A DNA stretch of 64,000 nt from Camelus ferus. Its lineage: Eukaryota. Location: contig NC_045696.1 of NCBI RefSeq assembly GCF_009834535.1, positions 118,732,001 through 118,796,000 on the forward strand, in the 5' to 3' direction. Both the position numbers and the translations under genes were made by a program. Position 1 is the stretch's first letter. Each line of letters opens with the position of its first letter. Under the pieces are notes generated by a model. That model was not told where the DNA came from. It saw only the letters and a program-made list of their open reading frames with translations, and ran no database searches. This document shows, piece by piece, positions 1 through 12,383 of the stretch.

Positions 1-289
1 AGCTGTAAAGGATCGAAACAAATTCATTTCAGATAGAAAGTAGAGACAAAGGAAGCGCAGGGACAAGAATGAATTCCGGGATAATGTCTGAGCCAGCAGG
101 TGCGGCCGAGAGTCCGCTGCCCCGTCTGGGAGCTACCAGGCTGCCTGCAACGGGGTGGGGCATCATTTCCTTGACTTTTCGCTCTTCTCTCCTTTTCCTC
201 CCCTGCAACTTCGTCCTCAACTTAATTACAATGACTGCGGCATATTCCGTACTGCAGAGAAACTGCAGCAAAATCAAGGCAAAACTTTT

Positions 290-617
290 CTTTCTTTACA
301 GAATGTTCATTGGGATCAGAACACTTGACATGAGATCCGCCCTCTCAACGGGTGTTAAGTGTACAGCACATCACTGTTGGGTGTAGGGGCCAGGCTGTAC
401 ACAGATCTTGAGAGCTAGTTCATCTCGCTCATCTGAAACCTTCCGCCTGCTGGTTACTAACTCCCCATTTCTCCCTCCTTCCCGCCCCTGGTAACTCCCA
501 ACCTTGTCTCTGATTTTAAGAACCCAACTATTTCAGATCCTCATATGAGTGGAACCACGAGGTACGTGTCTTTCCACGTCCGGCTCATTTCACTTAAAAT
601 AACATCCTCAAAGTCCA
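290..617 (-). mobile_element. Old L1 (L1MA-like) 3' UTR fragment
   Basis: tttcagatcctcatatgagtggaaccacgaggtacgtgtctttc...ctcatttcacttaaaataacatcctc is the reverse complement of the conserved L1 3' region. Confidence 0.7.
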
Positions 618-844
618 GTGAAAGAATCCTACAGAGAGCTTTCTCTTTATGTAACACCTCATAGGACATTTAAACGCCCAGTGTGTTCTCTCTGTAGAGG
701 AAGAATGCTGACTTCTCGGTCTCTAGGTGTTAGCACAGACCTCATAAATTTTTTAAAAAATTTAAGCCTCAAGCAGATGGTAAATCTGAAACTAATAAAC
801 GAAGGTAACTAGAGAGCTGAATTATTACTTTCATCAACATTAAA

Positions 845-1168
845 GGACTCACAGACATAGAAAACAAATTTATGGTTACCAGGGGACAAAGAGGGGGGGA
901 AGGGATAAACTGGGACTTTGGGATTTGCAGATATACTATATATAAAATAGACTACTAATTATATACATAGTAACTACTATACATAAACTAGATAAACAAC
1001 AAGGTCCTACTGTACAGCACAGGGAACTATATTCAATATCTTGTAATGGCCTGTAATGAAAAAGATTATGAAAAGGAATGTGTGTATATGTATGAATGAA
1101 ACATTATGCTATACACCAGAAACTGATGCAACATTGTAAACTGACTATCCTTCAATAAAAAAAAAAAG
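845..1168 (+). mobile_element. Lineage L1 3' end, 5'-truncated, with AATAAA and poly(A)
   Basis: gactcacagacatagaaaacaaatttatggttacc...acagcacagggaactatattcaatatcttg...cttcaataaaaaaaaaaa. Near-identical to the other copies in the window. Confidence 0.9.
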
Positions 1169-4100
1169 GGGGGGGGGGATGGTGAAAGCTTTAGTTTAAA
1201 AAGATAATGACTGAGATCCCCTGCGTGGATGGGAGAGGGGAGATGGTGCTGGAACGCCTGGCACGTCCACTCAGGAGCGTCGTGTGTTGTGCAGAGAAAC
1301 CACTTCCTCACTAGACTCTCTCTGACTCAGGCTACACAGTCCTTATGTTCTCCGACCCAGCCTTTAACTACATGAGACAGCAAGCTCAGTCGTTCTGATT
1401 CTCACCAGTGGATGCATTCAAGTCCATTCACACACATTTTAAGTATAATATTTAAATGTTCTGTTTTCTCAAGCAATCACATGAAAGATATGTTCAGGGA
1501 CTCACAGTCAGACTTCTTTGAGTGGCATCTGATCTACTGAATACAATCCTCCTTAAGCTCATTGAACCTGCCTTTTAATAGACACCAAACTATGCAAAAT
1601 GAATTCTTCTCTACCTTTAAGAGGAGTGAGAATCACAAATAAGGTACCTATGACTTCGAGAGCCCCACCTGAACACCTTCAGGTTGTTGTTATTGGATTT
1701 GATCATCCATCCACCTACCGCGTGTGCCTAGTTTTCCTGACCTGATCACAGAAAAAAAGACTAGACAAAGAGACTAGTCGGGCTCTAAACCTGGTTCTGC
1801 CACTAGTGTGAGGGACCACAGGGTTTCTGTGTTCTCATCTGCAAAATCAAGGCACTCAGCTGCCTGAGTCTCCTTCACCCTAGCCCTCCTGCAGTCCACA
1901 GTGCCTCATCCTGAGTCCAGCCCTTCGCTGCTGAGCAACGGTGCAAGAACTCCCACGGGCCACACTTCCGTTTCCCAGGATACGTGCTTCTCATTTCTGA
2001 GAACCCAGCCTGTGACAGTCTCCTTCTCGTACTTGCCTGCTGACTCCGACTCCTCCTTAAAGGTCTAGCTCAAAGGCCAGGGTTTCTTAACCTTGAAACT
2101 GACCATTCTCTCCCATGAACATTCAAATCATGTGTTCACATTATTTCAAGACAGCTCTCTGTCGCCTCACTGCCTATGGACACATGTCATCTCTTCCACT
2201 GAACGGTGAACACCTCAAGGGAAGGAAAGCCTCACGTGTCTGACCACGCACAGCCAATCCCACTCTGCACACCCCGCCCCTATTCTACCCGTCTGCCTCG
2301 TCTAAGAAGGTGTCTGTACCCTCTTTCTCCTCTGTTCCTGAATGGTTTGACAGCCGCCTCCTGAGCTAGGTAGGTCCCAGGCTCAAAACTCCCCACTTCC
2401 AGGATCCAAGGAGGAACCACCAACGGGGGAAAAACCACCACCCGGGCAGCTTTGAAGACCTGCTGGTAATCACAAGCACCACCAGGACAATCCAGGGGCC
2501 ATGGGCAGGGTGGCCATACAACTAATCACCTAAACAGGGACACACTGAAGCATTGGTCCCGCTGGGACAGCAGGTGTATCAGCAGGGTCTTTCCCAGGAA
2601 AACCGGGCTGGGTGGCCGCCCTGAGCAGGGCACTCTTTCCTGGTCTCTATACTGGCTTCCACGATGTCCATGTTCCCATGGCCAACCCCTCCCCTGCAGC
2701 CTCCTTTCCCACAAGGACACTGGCAAGTGTCTGATGCACTAGTTTAGTAATAAGAGTTCAGACACAGAAAAGCAATTCCAATCTCAGGAGCACAGATACA
2801 CATCTGTACACTCTTAGGACTGCACAGTCCTGTCCTCACTGGAGAGCGAGCTTCAGCGATGTGAATGAGCAGTGACACTGGACTTCTGTGGCGGGGGCAG
2901 GATTTCTCAAACCACACTAACTTCTCATTTGGAGTCTTCAAACTATAAATGGGAAGTCAACAAGATGAAACAGGATCTTATTTCTAAGGTTCATTTTGGG
3001 TTAAGTGCAATGTAACAGTACAAAAATCAAGGCTACCCAAGACCTTAGTACATTTCCCATCAATACTTGGTCAATTCCATTAGCTAGCCTTAATAAGTTA
3101 ATTGTCACAGGGTGAGAAACCATTAGGTCACTAAAAACATGGCCTGTAAAACATTACAAGAGTTATAATATCACCGTAGCAATATTATGATGTTTAAAAT
3201 TCAAATTATAAAAATTTGAATTTAATTTTCAATATTTTATGGCTCTGTTTCTCAGGTGGAATTGACAACAGAACAAATCAATAAAGCCTGGGGTACCATG
3301 CAGCAGGCACCACTATTTCAATTAAACATTATGGAAGATTAATTCCACAATTTCAAAAATTTAAACTGGCAAATACGTTGTCTTACCATGTCTCCAGGAA
3401 CACAATTATAAAGTTATATGCAAACAAGAGTTACGTAGTGAGTGCTATCATTCACTGGTCCGGGGAACAAGGAATGCCGAGCGCCTCCTGGGCCAAGTGA
3501 TGCTGTGGGGGCTATTGGGGGGCAGTGTCGGTGTCGCCCCAGCCACGACCACACTCCTGCCCCAGACCAGCACTCAGCCCCCCACCAGGTATCACCTGCG
3601 GGGGGCACCACACCCCACCCTCAGGAGGCTCCTCTTAAAAAGGTCACCGTGAGGACACATCCCTGCGTGCGCAGTGACACACCTACGGGGGGGTCACCTT
3701 AGACACTGCTCACCCCACAGGTCAGCAAAGTGTCTGAGGATTTTATTTGTGGCTTACATTTCAAAAGCATTTACAACCATCAGCTACTTCTTTTGGCTTC
3801 TTCTCATAAAACATAGAGCGTTAGGAACTAAGTAGCCCGAATAACAGCATGGAAGAGCTTTTCAAACTTTTTCACTTTTTCCTCTTTTTCCCATCTTTCC
3901 TTTTCCCCCCGCAAAGGAATCTCAGCACACGCTGCTCAGGTCTGGTCCCCCAGCTGCCGTCCTAGCAGCCTGGCCGGCTCCCTGGACAGGACCCCTCATG
4001 CCCCTCTGTGCGGCCCCTCCAGCACCCAGCACGGCGCTCCCGCATGTTCACCAGCACACATTCGCCCCCCCGCCTCCCTCCTTTCTGCAGGTCGACTGCC

Positions 4101-4304
4101 ACCCCCGAGGTCCGCCTGCAGGGTCGGTCCGATGGTCCGTCCTTATTTCTTGGACATCACCGTGAACTCGAAGCCAGGACTAGCCGAGAGTGATAAACAC
4201 CTGCTACAGCGTGTGCCTGCCGCATAGGAACCCAGGAGAAAGGACAAGCACCACTTTTTTAAAAGGGACGAACTGATGCACTGTTTTAAAAAGCCTGTAT
4301 TATT

Positions 4305-5055
4305 CTAGGTGGGAAAGTAAATTGGCACAGCCACTATGGAAAACAGCGTGGAGGATCCTCAGAAAATTAAAAATAGAACTACCATATGATCCAGCAACTC
4401 TCCTTCTGGGAATATATCCAAAGGCAATGAAAACACTAACTCAAAAAGACACCTGCACCCCCGTGTTCACAGCAGCACTGTCTACAACAGCCAAGACATG
4501 GAAACAGCCTCAGTGTCTACTGATGGACATCTATGCATAAATACATATAATGGAATATTACTCCATCATAAAGAACGAGGAGATCCTACCATTTGCGACA
4601 ACATGGATGGACCTCGAAGATCCTACGCTAAGTCAAGTAAGTCAGAGAAAGACAAATACTGTATGATCTCACTTACATATGGAAACTTAGAAACAAAAAC
4701 ATATCAAACTCTTAGAAAAGGAGATCAGACTTGTGGTTACCAGAAGTGGAGGGTGGAGAAAGGGAGACCTGAAGGAGGTGGTCAAAGGCAGACGTTTCCA
4801 GTTAGGATAAGGTAAATCAGAGACGAAATGTACAACGTGACGACTGATGGATCGGGGAGGCGTTAAGAGAGTAAAGCCTAAGAGCTCTCATCCCAGGGAG
4901 ACATTTTTTCCTTTTGTTTTTTTAAAACCTGTATCTGTATGAGAAGCCAGATGTTAGCTGGACCTATGGTGGTCAGCATTCCACAGTATACAGACATCAA
5001 ACCCTCATGCTGCACGCCTCAAACTTGTACACGTGCGGCAACTGTTTCTCAAATC
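4305..5055 (+). mobile_element. Older L1 (L1MA-like) ORF2 C-terminus plus 3' UTR
   Basis: ORF 4322..4540 [33 protein letters not shown] is typical of the L1 ORF2 C-terminus. The 3' UTR differs from that of the young copies. Confidence 0.85.
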
Positions 5056-5608
5056 TGGGGAAAAGAGAGACAGCAAAAATGATATTGCATTCTTCTGATT
5101 TGTGCTTCCAGATCTTCTGCACCCAGAGATTTCTTCACCCAAGAAGTGAAGAAGCTCAAGAACAAAAATCCTTCTGAACTCTGGTTTTTGGAAATTGTAC
5201 CCCATGGCCAAGCCAATTTGTGATCTCCATCACCCTTCGGGAAATCACTGTGCCAGCCCGTAAAAGGCCCTGAGCAGTCCTGCAGTAAAGACAGCGGATT
5301 AATTGTGGTCAAACCAGTATTTCCGTAAATCATTCCAACATGGAACCCTTTCTCCCATGTGATACATATTAACATCCTAGGAAACCGAGGTTCCTCGGCA
5401 CACACTGTGGGAAATGCTGACCTAAAGCATTTTTTTCTTTCCTTTAAGTGGTATAAATCCCTCTGAACTGCAGCTTTCAGATCAGTTTATAGAACAGTAA
5501 GAGATATTTCTGTTAAGGTTTACGACGCCTATCCTGATTTGTCTTAGACCATAGCGGGCTACATCAGAAGCAGCCCCATGTTTCTGCGGTCTTCGCTCTT
5601 GTCCTTGG

Positions 5609-5632
5609 TGTGTGTGTGTGTGTGTGTGTGTG
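5609..5632 (+). repeat. (TG)12 microsatellite
   Basis: Read directly from the sequence. Confidence 0.95.
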
Positions 5633-5975
5633 GTGGGGAGGTGCTGGGTGGGGCCTCTTACTTCCGAGCACCAGGAATGGTAACAGCTGACTGCCTCGCC
5701 CATCTGGGAGGGGACTGGCTGTCCACCGCCACCCTTGGCCCTGACCTGCCGGAGAGGAGCTGCCAGTGCTCACCGTGGGTCCTGTACACTGTGAGCTGGA
5801 AACAAGTGCTGTCCACCCACTGACGCCTCCCTTAGGATTACGATAAATCAAAACGTGCAGCAAGAACAGGATGCAATTAAGAAAATGCAGGACATACCTT
5901 CAGTGCAAAATGTAGTACTCTAGGGTCCTGAGGCTACCTCATTAATGCCAAGCTGATTACAAATTACAGGCACTA

Positions 5976-6104
5976 GGGGAGGGTATAGCTCAGTGGTAGA
6001 GCGCGTGCTTAGCATGCACGAGGTCCTGGATTCAATCCCCAGTACCTTCATTAAAATAAATAAATAAACCTAATTACACACCCCCTCCCCACCCAAACCA
6101 AACC
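5976..6104 (+). mobile_element. tRNA-Ala-derived SINE (camelid vic-1 type)
   Basis: ggggagggtatagctcagtggtagagcg...ggattcaatcccc carries Pol III A/B boxes, followed by an AT-rich tail aaataaataaacctaattac. Imperfect TSD aattacaggca / aatcacaggca. Confidence 0.88.
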
Positions 6105-6616
6105 AATCACAGGCATCTCAGTGCAGCTGCTGTGAGGCAGGAAAGCATCACACAGCAGAGTCACGTGACAGGAGCACCTCCCCCACCCCCCGACGGTACT
6201 TAAAATACATTTTAGAAAAAAATTAACTTTCTCACCTTTGCCGGTTTGAAAAATGAGACAAAATAAAAACGAGTGTATCAATGGCAGATTGCTGGGGACA
6301 GAGTAAAAAAATTCTTTATCATCTACGTGTGGAAAATAGACTATGCTGGAGAAATCAGTTCAGATACGTCTGTGAAAAGCTAATGACTATTTGATCCAGC
6401 TCAGGCAAGGGTCTGAATCCTGCTTTCTAAGACAGCAACAATGAAACACTCAAGTCTTTCAAATACAGAGAACTTGGAGGAATCACTTTTACAACCCAGG
6501 AAAAATGAAGCGTGAAACAGGAAAGCACACCTTAGCAGGAGCCCCCAAGCACGTCCGGGTTCTTGTCCCAAGACCCCCTCTCCCCAGGCTCCAGAAAAGT
6601 GCAAAGAGGGACTCAC

Positions 6617-6820
6617 TATGTCGTAAGTTGTCACGATCTTCTTCAGAACCTCAGGGACGATCCCCTGCAACTCCATCGTGGGATACTGCTCGCTGAGATT
6701 CAGGACCACCAGGGGCGTGTTATCGGGTCCCAGGAAGCGGGGAGACACGGCCAGCATGCACTGCATGAGGTTGGCCACAGACGAGAGGCCACACAGCTCC
6801 TTGAAGGACACCACCGCATT
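6617..6820 (-). CDS. PLCL2: PLCL2 coding exon 3 (68 codons, [14 protein letters not shown]...KKIVTTYDI), C-terminal helical region
   Basis: Lies within ORF 6401..6841 and continues ...ENMQ|NAVVSF in phase 0. Acceptor tctcttcccactgagcAG|AAT, donor GACATA|GTgagt. Length 204 bp. Confidence 0.95.
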
Positions 6821-9251
6821 CTGCTCAGTGGGAAGAGACAAGGTGCGCTGTAATTCACCTGGGGTCTAACTTCTCATGGACATTATTACACTTGATATAC
6901 ACTGGGTTATACTTGGACTGCCTGGTACGACAGTATTAGCAGTGTTACAACAGACGTGGCTAAAAATTATCTTATCTGGGGGGGAAAACATGGCTATTTT
7001 CCAAAGCAAACATAGTTACGGACATTTGTCATGACAATTTATCAGAGGTACAGAAAATGCAAATAAGTTAAATTCTTCCCAAGGGCAAAGCCTCTTTTCA
7101 GATCAAAGTTCACAGTGGTGCTAAGGCTGATATGTAATTATGAGCAAACAACCAAAAAAAAAAAAAATCTTCTGCATTCAAAAAGGTGACAATTAAGAAA
7201 AAAAAAATCAGGTTTAAAATAAATATCAAATATGCCAGCCATCCGAAAGGGAGGGGAGTATTTGGGAGGCAGAAACCTGAGTCTCTCTCACCTGTTTATG
7301 CCTGCTGGTTGCACAGCTAAGGGAACTCTGACGTCTGCCCACGGGAGACCTTGGGTACCCACGGTCTTCCCTTCCCTGAGTCCCATCTCCAGGGACCTCA
7401 CTGCTTCTCCTGCTCCCAATGCTCTTCTTTTTCTAATCACCAGAGGTGCGCCATTAAAATACCCATGAACGAAGGCCCTCCCACACTGTAAAATGCCAGG
7501 AGTCAGCATCCTCTGAGCGCTGACCAAGGGCCAGCTCCATCTGAGGCATATGTAATACACGTGACCACAGCTGACCCTCCCAACAAGCCAGGCTGTGCTT
7601 AAGGAAGCCGAACCCCAGCTGGGACTTCCCTCTGTGGCCTGTCTAAGGTCACACAGCTGGGAGGTAAGGGGGCCAAGATCCTACCTGAGGTCCACAGAGG
7701 CTGAGGCCTATACTCTTAATCACTGGGCTACAATAACAGGTAAATTCTAACTGAAATAGGAGTTCTTCGGGCACACCTGGCTCCTGATCTGGGCTAAGCG
7801 CGGCAGCCGGGGGGTGGGGGTATCTATGCCCCCCTCCAAGCCCTGTGCCCTCTGCTCTCAGATGCGCCAGTTCTTGGAGTTAGTACTGCTAACCAGTTTT
7901 AAATTTCACCATTTTCTTTTTATTAATATTGCTTTAAATAGGGGTGTCAAACATCAAAATGTGTATCATTTTGTTCCAAATCACTTGGATGTTGACTGCC
8001 TAGAACAATAAATTTTAATTGAGATCTAAGGGGGTCCCCAGCCCCTCCATCGCTCCTCCTTGTTATTTCTTCCCCATCTTCCCAACTTGTCCATGTTTGT
8101 TTATTCTCAGCTTGCTACCTGCTGCCCCTTCCCTTCCCGCTGCCCATCCCCGACCAGAGTCATCTGTCTGCTCCCGGCTGCATCCCGGCCCCTGTGCCTG
8201 TGCCCCGCAGGCACCCTCGACCACGCCGGGGTGGGGTGGGGGGTCAGTGCAGACACGCGGCCCCAGAGGGTGACGCTTGGCTTCATGTGCACAGTAGCAA
8301 CTGCAAGGCGGGGCCCGCTCAGCGCTGAGGTCCACCAGCCACATCACCTTCAGAAATAGGGACAGCCTTCCACATTGCTGTGACGCAGTTACTCTGAGAC
8401 AAACAGAAAATGCAATTTCTCTATTACGGGAAGGTCTTTTAATTTTACTTGCTGCTGGCATTCTGCTCATACTCGTTATAAAGATACATATATATATATA
8501 CACAAAAAGATGTATCTACCTTTTTGGTTTTTTGTTCTCAAACTGGCCCAGAGTGCTCACACACTGGGACCAGCCAGGGCCAGCGTCTGTGGGAGGCAGG
8601 CCCTCCCTGCCTGGTTTTGCATTGCTCGCGGCCCCAGTGTCCTGTTAAGACACGTGGACGATCCTTAATGACATACATAATCCTCACTGGCCACCTTTAG
8701 CCACAATGTGGTTCAGAGGTAATTATCTTCACCATCTAATAAATACAGGCCTGACGTGTCTTTAACTTAAATGATTAGGTAACAGCTCTAAAGTCAAGAC
8801 AGGCGCAAACACTCTGGCTGGTGTGAGGGATCGCCAGTCTCCCAGCATCGCAGCCCCACAAGACAGGACTGGAAAGTGTCCCTTCCATTCCGATGGGCTG
8901 TTAGTGCGTGTCCCAGCTGAGGAATATTCAGAAATATCAGACACTCCCATGCAGGCGTCTAGAGAAGACGGGGGGCTGCTGAGTGGCGGTTAACAGAGAC
9001 CAGGACCCCTGTGAGACAACGCAACAAGGCTGGCTCCTTCCAACATGCTGTCAGCGTCTTCAATAGCAACTGTGGTTTCAGAAATTTAGACGTTAAAAAA
9101 AAAAAAAACCAGTGGTAAACATTCTAATAACTAAGTGGAGTTTACAAAGTATTTAGGATCAAATACACTTGTATTTTAAGAAATCCCCCAACCCACTCAT
9201 AAACCACATGCACACACGCACAGAGGAACACAGCCGGGCACCTGAGCGTAC
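6821..9251 (-). other. PLCL2: PLCL2 intron between exons 2 and 3 (2,431 bp, GT-AG)
   Basis: Bounded by the donor and acceptor sites identified above. Confidence 0.93.
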
Positions 9252-11738
9252 CTGCATGTTCTCCCGCAGGTCCGTGGCATCCCGGATCGGGGGCTGGGCG
9301 TTCTTGAACACCTCATCCACGGTTTTAATCCACAGCGTTCTCAAGGATGCATAGTCCCTGGACTTCTTCCCTTTCCGCACAGAAAGGCCCCTTTTGTGAG
9401 GTTTCCCGCCTCCCCTTCGGTTAGTGATGGCCACGTGGACGAAGAGGGACGCGTGTGCTAGGACCTCCCCGGTCAGCGACTGCAGTGGGACGTGGCGGTA
9501 GCCAGTCTGCAAACACTCGAAGGGAATGGTGTACTGACCGATGAACTCGTCCCCGATGTAGTCATCATCCAGGACCACGAAGCGCACCATGGCCAGTTCC
9601 GGCAGGTTGATTTGAAACTCAAAGCTTTCGTCAAATATGGGGGCGTCTCCGTTCTGGTGCACGGTTTTTGTCCTTTGTTCTGCACAGTCAGCAGGGATCC
9701 CGTGAATCTCCACATAGACGTAAGGGTCCACCACGTCCCCTTTGGCGCCGGACCCCTTGGGCTTGGGGAAGTTCTGCCCGCTGATGATCTTGATGTGAAG
9801 GAGCTGCGGGGAGACTCCTGGGACAGAGTCTTTGGTATTGGCGCTGAAGAAGGAGACCTCCTCCCTCATGATGGCCGGACGGAGGACGTAGCCACAGTTC
9901 CCGTTCTGCCGGAACCAGCCGATGTTCAGGTCCATCATGAGTCCCGGGGTCTGAAAGTTCATGGCCACGATCTGACAGCCGCACTTCCAGAAATCCTGAG
10001 GGTTCATGTTGCTGGAGTCAATTCTCATGGGACTGGGGAAGACCCTGGCCAGAAAGCGCTTGTTGTAATTGACGAAGTCCCCGGGACTCTCGTTGGCGTA
10101 TTTGCTGGCGAGCACCTCGTTGAAGGAGCAGACCTCCCAGTACTTCTGCACCTGGAACGACACCTGGAACTCTCTGAACTGCACTGACTTGCAGATGCTC
10201 ACCAGCTCGGACAGCTCTTTGCAGAGCTGGAAGCGCTTCGCGGGCACGTGGTTGGCTTGCTCCACGTCCTCCTTGCCCGCCCTCTGCGACATCTCCGCCC
10301 CTTCGTCCTCATCGGTGACGTCTCCCTCCACGCCGGAGCAGCTCGAGGACAGCTTCTTGGCTTTAATCAGGATCTTCCCTTTCAGGACATCTGGGGATGG
10401 CAGGTACGACTCCTCGACGTTGGGTGACGTCGTGTAGAGCTTATCGCCTAAAATCTTCTTCATGTGTTGAACCATCACCTTCTGCTGTCTGATGGAACAG
10501 TGGTTTTCCAAGCACAAGATGAGAGGGTATTCTGAAGCGAAGAACGCGTACTTGTTAATGATGTCAATGACGCTGCGGAAGACGATCTGAGAGGTCATGG
10601 TGTGGCCTGTGTAGATGACAGGCTCATTATCTGGCCCGTCCCACACATCCAGCTCGACGCTCCGGCAGCCCATCTTAAGAGCGCGGATGTACCCTGTGAT
10701 GTCAGAGGGACCTCGGAACTGGTCCTCTATCAAGTACGTGTTGTGAGATGAGTTTATAAAGTAATGAGACAAGGGCTGCTTCATATCCTGACAGACCTTC
10801 TTGTGCTCCGGGTCAAATATGTAACAGTCAGGTGACATAAGGTAATTAGTGAACCCGTCTATGGAAAGCCAGCCCTTTTCCTGACCCTCTCTGGATGGCT
10901 CATACTTGTGAATAATTTCAAGGCTTATTTCCTCGTTGATATGGGCCACACCCTGCTCTGCCTCAAGAAACATCATAAGGTCCTTGGTGTCAAGGAATTC
11001 TTTATTGCTTGAAAACTGGACTAAGAGGAAATAAATTTCAGGTCGGGTACAAAGCTCATGGAAAACCTCAACAAATTCTTCCTGGGTGACTTCAGTACCA
11101 GCTTTGTCCTTGGATTTGTGCAATTCTTTGAACTTGAGCTCAATTTTGCTCGTTTTTAAGCCAGGATTGAGGTTTCTGATACACTGCACAGCACTGCACA
11201 GGCTTACATGTCCAAGGTTATCTACATCAATCTCACTAAACTTCTGCGAAACCCAAGAAGTCCTCATGTTGTCCTGACTACTTTCTAACATATCGAGTGT
11301 GTGTTTCCCGTAAGAGATGAGGTACCGCAGGCCCGTGACCCAGATGTTCGCAACATCTGCAGAGTTGGCCACCAGATCGAGCGACTCGTAATTCTCCCCG
11401 TAGATGACCGAAAACGCGCAGTCTTCAGATATCTGGTCGGAAATGCCGTTGCTGCGGAATATGTCCGTGTTTTTCCCCGTTCTCACTTCCTTGATGGACT
11501 TAATGTCAATCTTGGCTTTCTCAGAGTCCTTCTTAGATGGTTCCCACCTCAGGCTCTGCATGTCAGCGTCCAGCAGAAAATACCGGTGGTAAATTCTGGA
11601 GTTGGAGCGAAGCTTTTTGAGCTCTGAGCCCTCCACCATGGAGTTGATGCAGTCACTCGCACTGCTGATCTTCTTCTCCGTGGGCATGCTGCTGAACGAG
11701 ACGGTCTTTTTCCGCTCTCTCTTTTGTTTTGTACCATC
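9252..11738 (-). CDS. PLCL2: PLCL2 (PRIP-2) large coding exon 2, 829 codons: KTVSF motif, PH domain, EF-hands, PLC X box, X-Y linker, Y box, C2 domain
   Basis: The ORF 9159..11687 translation ([13 protein letters not shown]...[16 protein letters not shown]...[22 protein letters not shown]...[19 protein letters not shown]...DLRENMQ) is recognisably PLCL2. The frame stays open 17 codons upstream ([17 protein letters not shown]) to the acceptor ttatttttcctcctAG|GAT at 11739/11738. The donor is ATGCAG|GTacgc at 9252/9251. Length 2487 = 829x3. Confidence 0.97.
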
Positions 11739-12011
11739 CTAGGAGGAAAAATAATAGTGCATCAGGATAACACAGATGTAGGTTTCTATGCTCAGGACTA
11801 GGAAGAAAAATTTAACTTCCCTGGGGAAATAAATCATACTCTTAGAATTTCCTGTTGTGTGTCCTGCAATGAATGATACTCACTTCCAAAGCTTAGAGGT
11901 GGCCCTGGCGTTTACAGCCTAATACAAACAGGTAAAGAATTGCTATGGAATAATTGCAATCCATGAACGTCCAGAAACACATTTCCAGTAATACACAATA
12001 AAAGCTAGCAG

Positions 12012-12187
12012 AGAGAACTGGCCGCACCATTTGCAGGGCTCGGGGGAAAGTAAAACGCAGACTCCTCGTTCAAAAATTATTATGAATTTCAAGAAGTTCA
12101 CGGAAGAGCAGTGAGCCAAGCACAGGGTCGCTCTGCGTGTCGAGACTGTGCAGGTGCACAGGTCACACACCCGCTAAGCAGGTCCTG
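12012..12187. mobile_element. MER45A-like hAT fossil
   Basis: atttgcagggctc...gttcaaaaattattatgaatttcaag...gcacaggtcacacacccg...ggtcctg resembles the MER45A consensus as recalled. Confidence 0.65.
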
Positions 12188-12208
12188 CTGTGTGTGCATC
12201 TCCTGTAC

Positions 12209-12383
12209 CAGTGCTTCTCAAAGGGTTGTCACTAGGCCACTTTCCTCAGAATCACCTGGATTACCTGGTTAAAATGCAGATCCCCAGCCTCATGGTCTCA
12301 GCTCTCTAGGGGGTGGTGGCCGGGAATTTATAGCTTAGGGAACACTCCAGGGATGGGAATGTCCAATCAAGTTGAAAGCCACT
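12209..12383. mobile_element. MER5-like hAT-Charlie MITE
   Basis: cagtgcttctcaaa...cagaatcacctgg...ttaaaatgcagat...gttgaaagccact, with terminal inverted repeats. Confidence 0.7.

Larger units (their letters stand above)
1..6616 (-). other. PLCL2: PLCL2 intron downstream of exon 3 (partial)
   Basis: GTGAGT donor at 6616..6611. The next exon (expected to begin about MIQSLKALIENAD) was not seen in the window. Confidence 0.8.

Noticed and set aside
4085..4097. ctgcaggtcgact, a PstI-SalI match to a pUC-type polylinker
   Set aside because: It is only 13 bp, and the flanks do not continue as vector sequence, so it is a chance match.
5976..6050. Possible tRNA-Ala gene (also at 63555)
   Set aside because: It is followed by the SINE-specific tail and flanked by TSDs, and multiple diverged copies exist. 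It is a SINE, not a functional tRNA.
6401..6616. Tail of the 146-aa ORF ([11 protein letters not shown]...)
   Set aside because: It is intronic read-through beyond the strong GTGAGT donor.
9159..9251. C-terminal extension VRSGARLC...YKCI of the 842-aa ORF
   Set aside because: It is read-through past the GT donor at 9251. PLCL2 homology continues in exon 3, and no nearby poly(A) signal was seen.
9492..10187. 231-aa ORF on the + strand, plus 10069..10437 and 11301..11627
   Set aside because: These are antisense shadows of the GC3-rich PLCL2 exon. They have no recognisable domain, and stop-codon avoidance is expected there.
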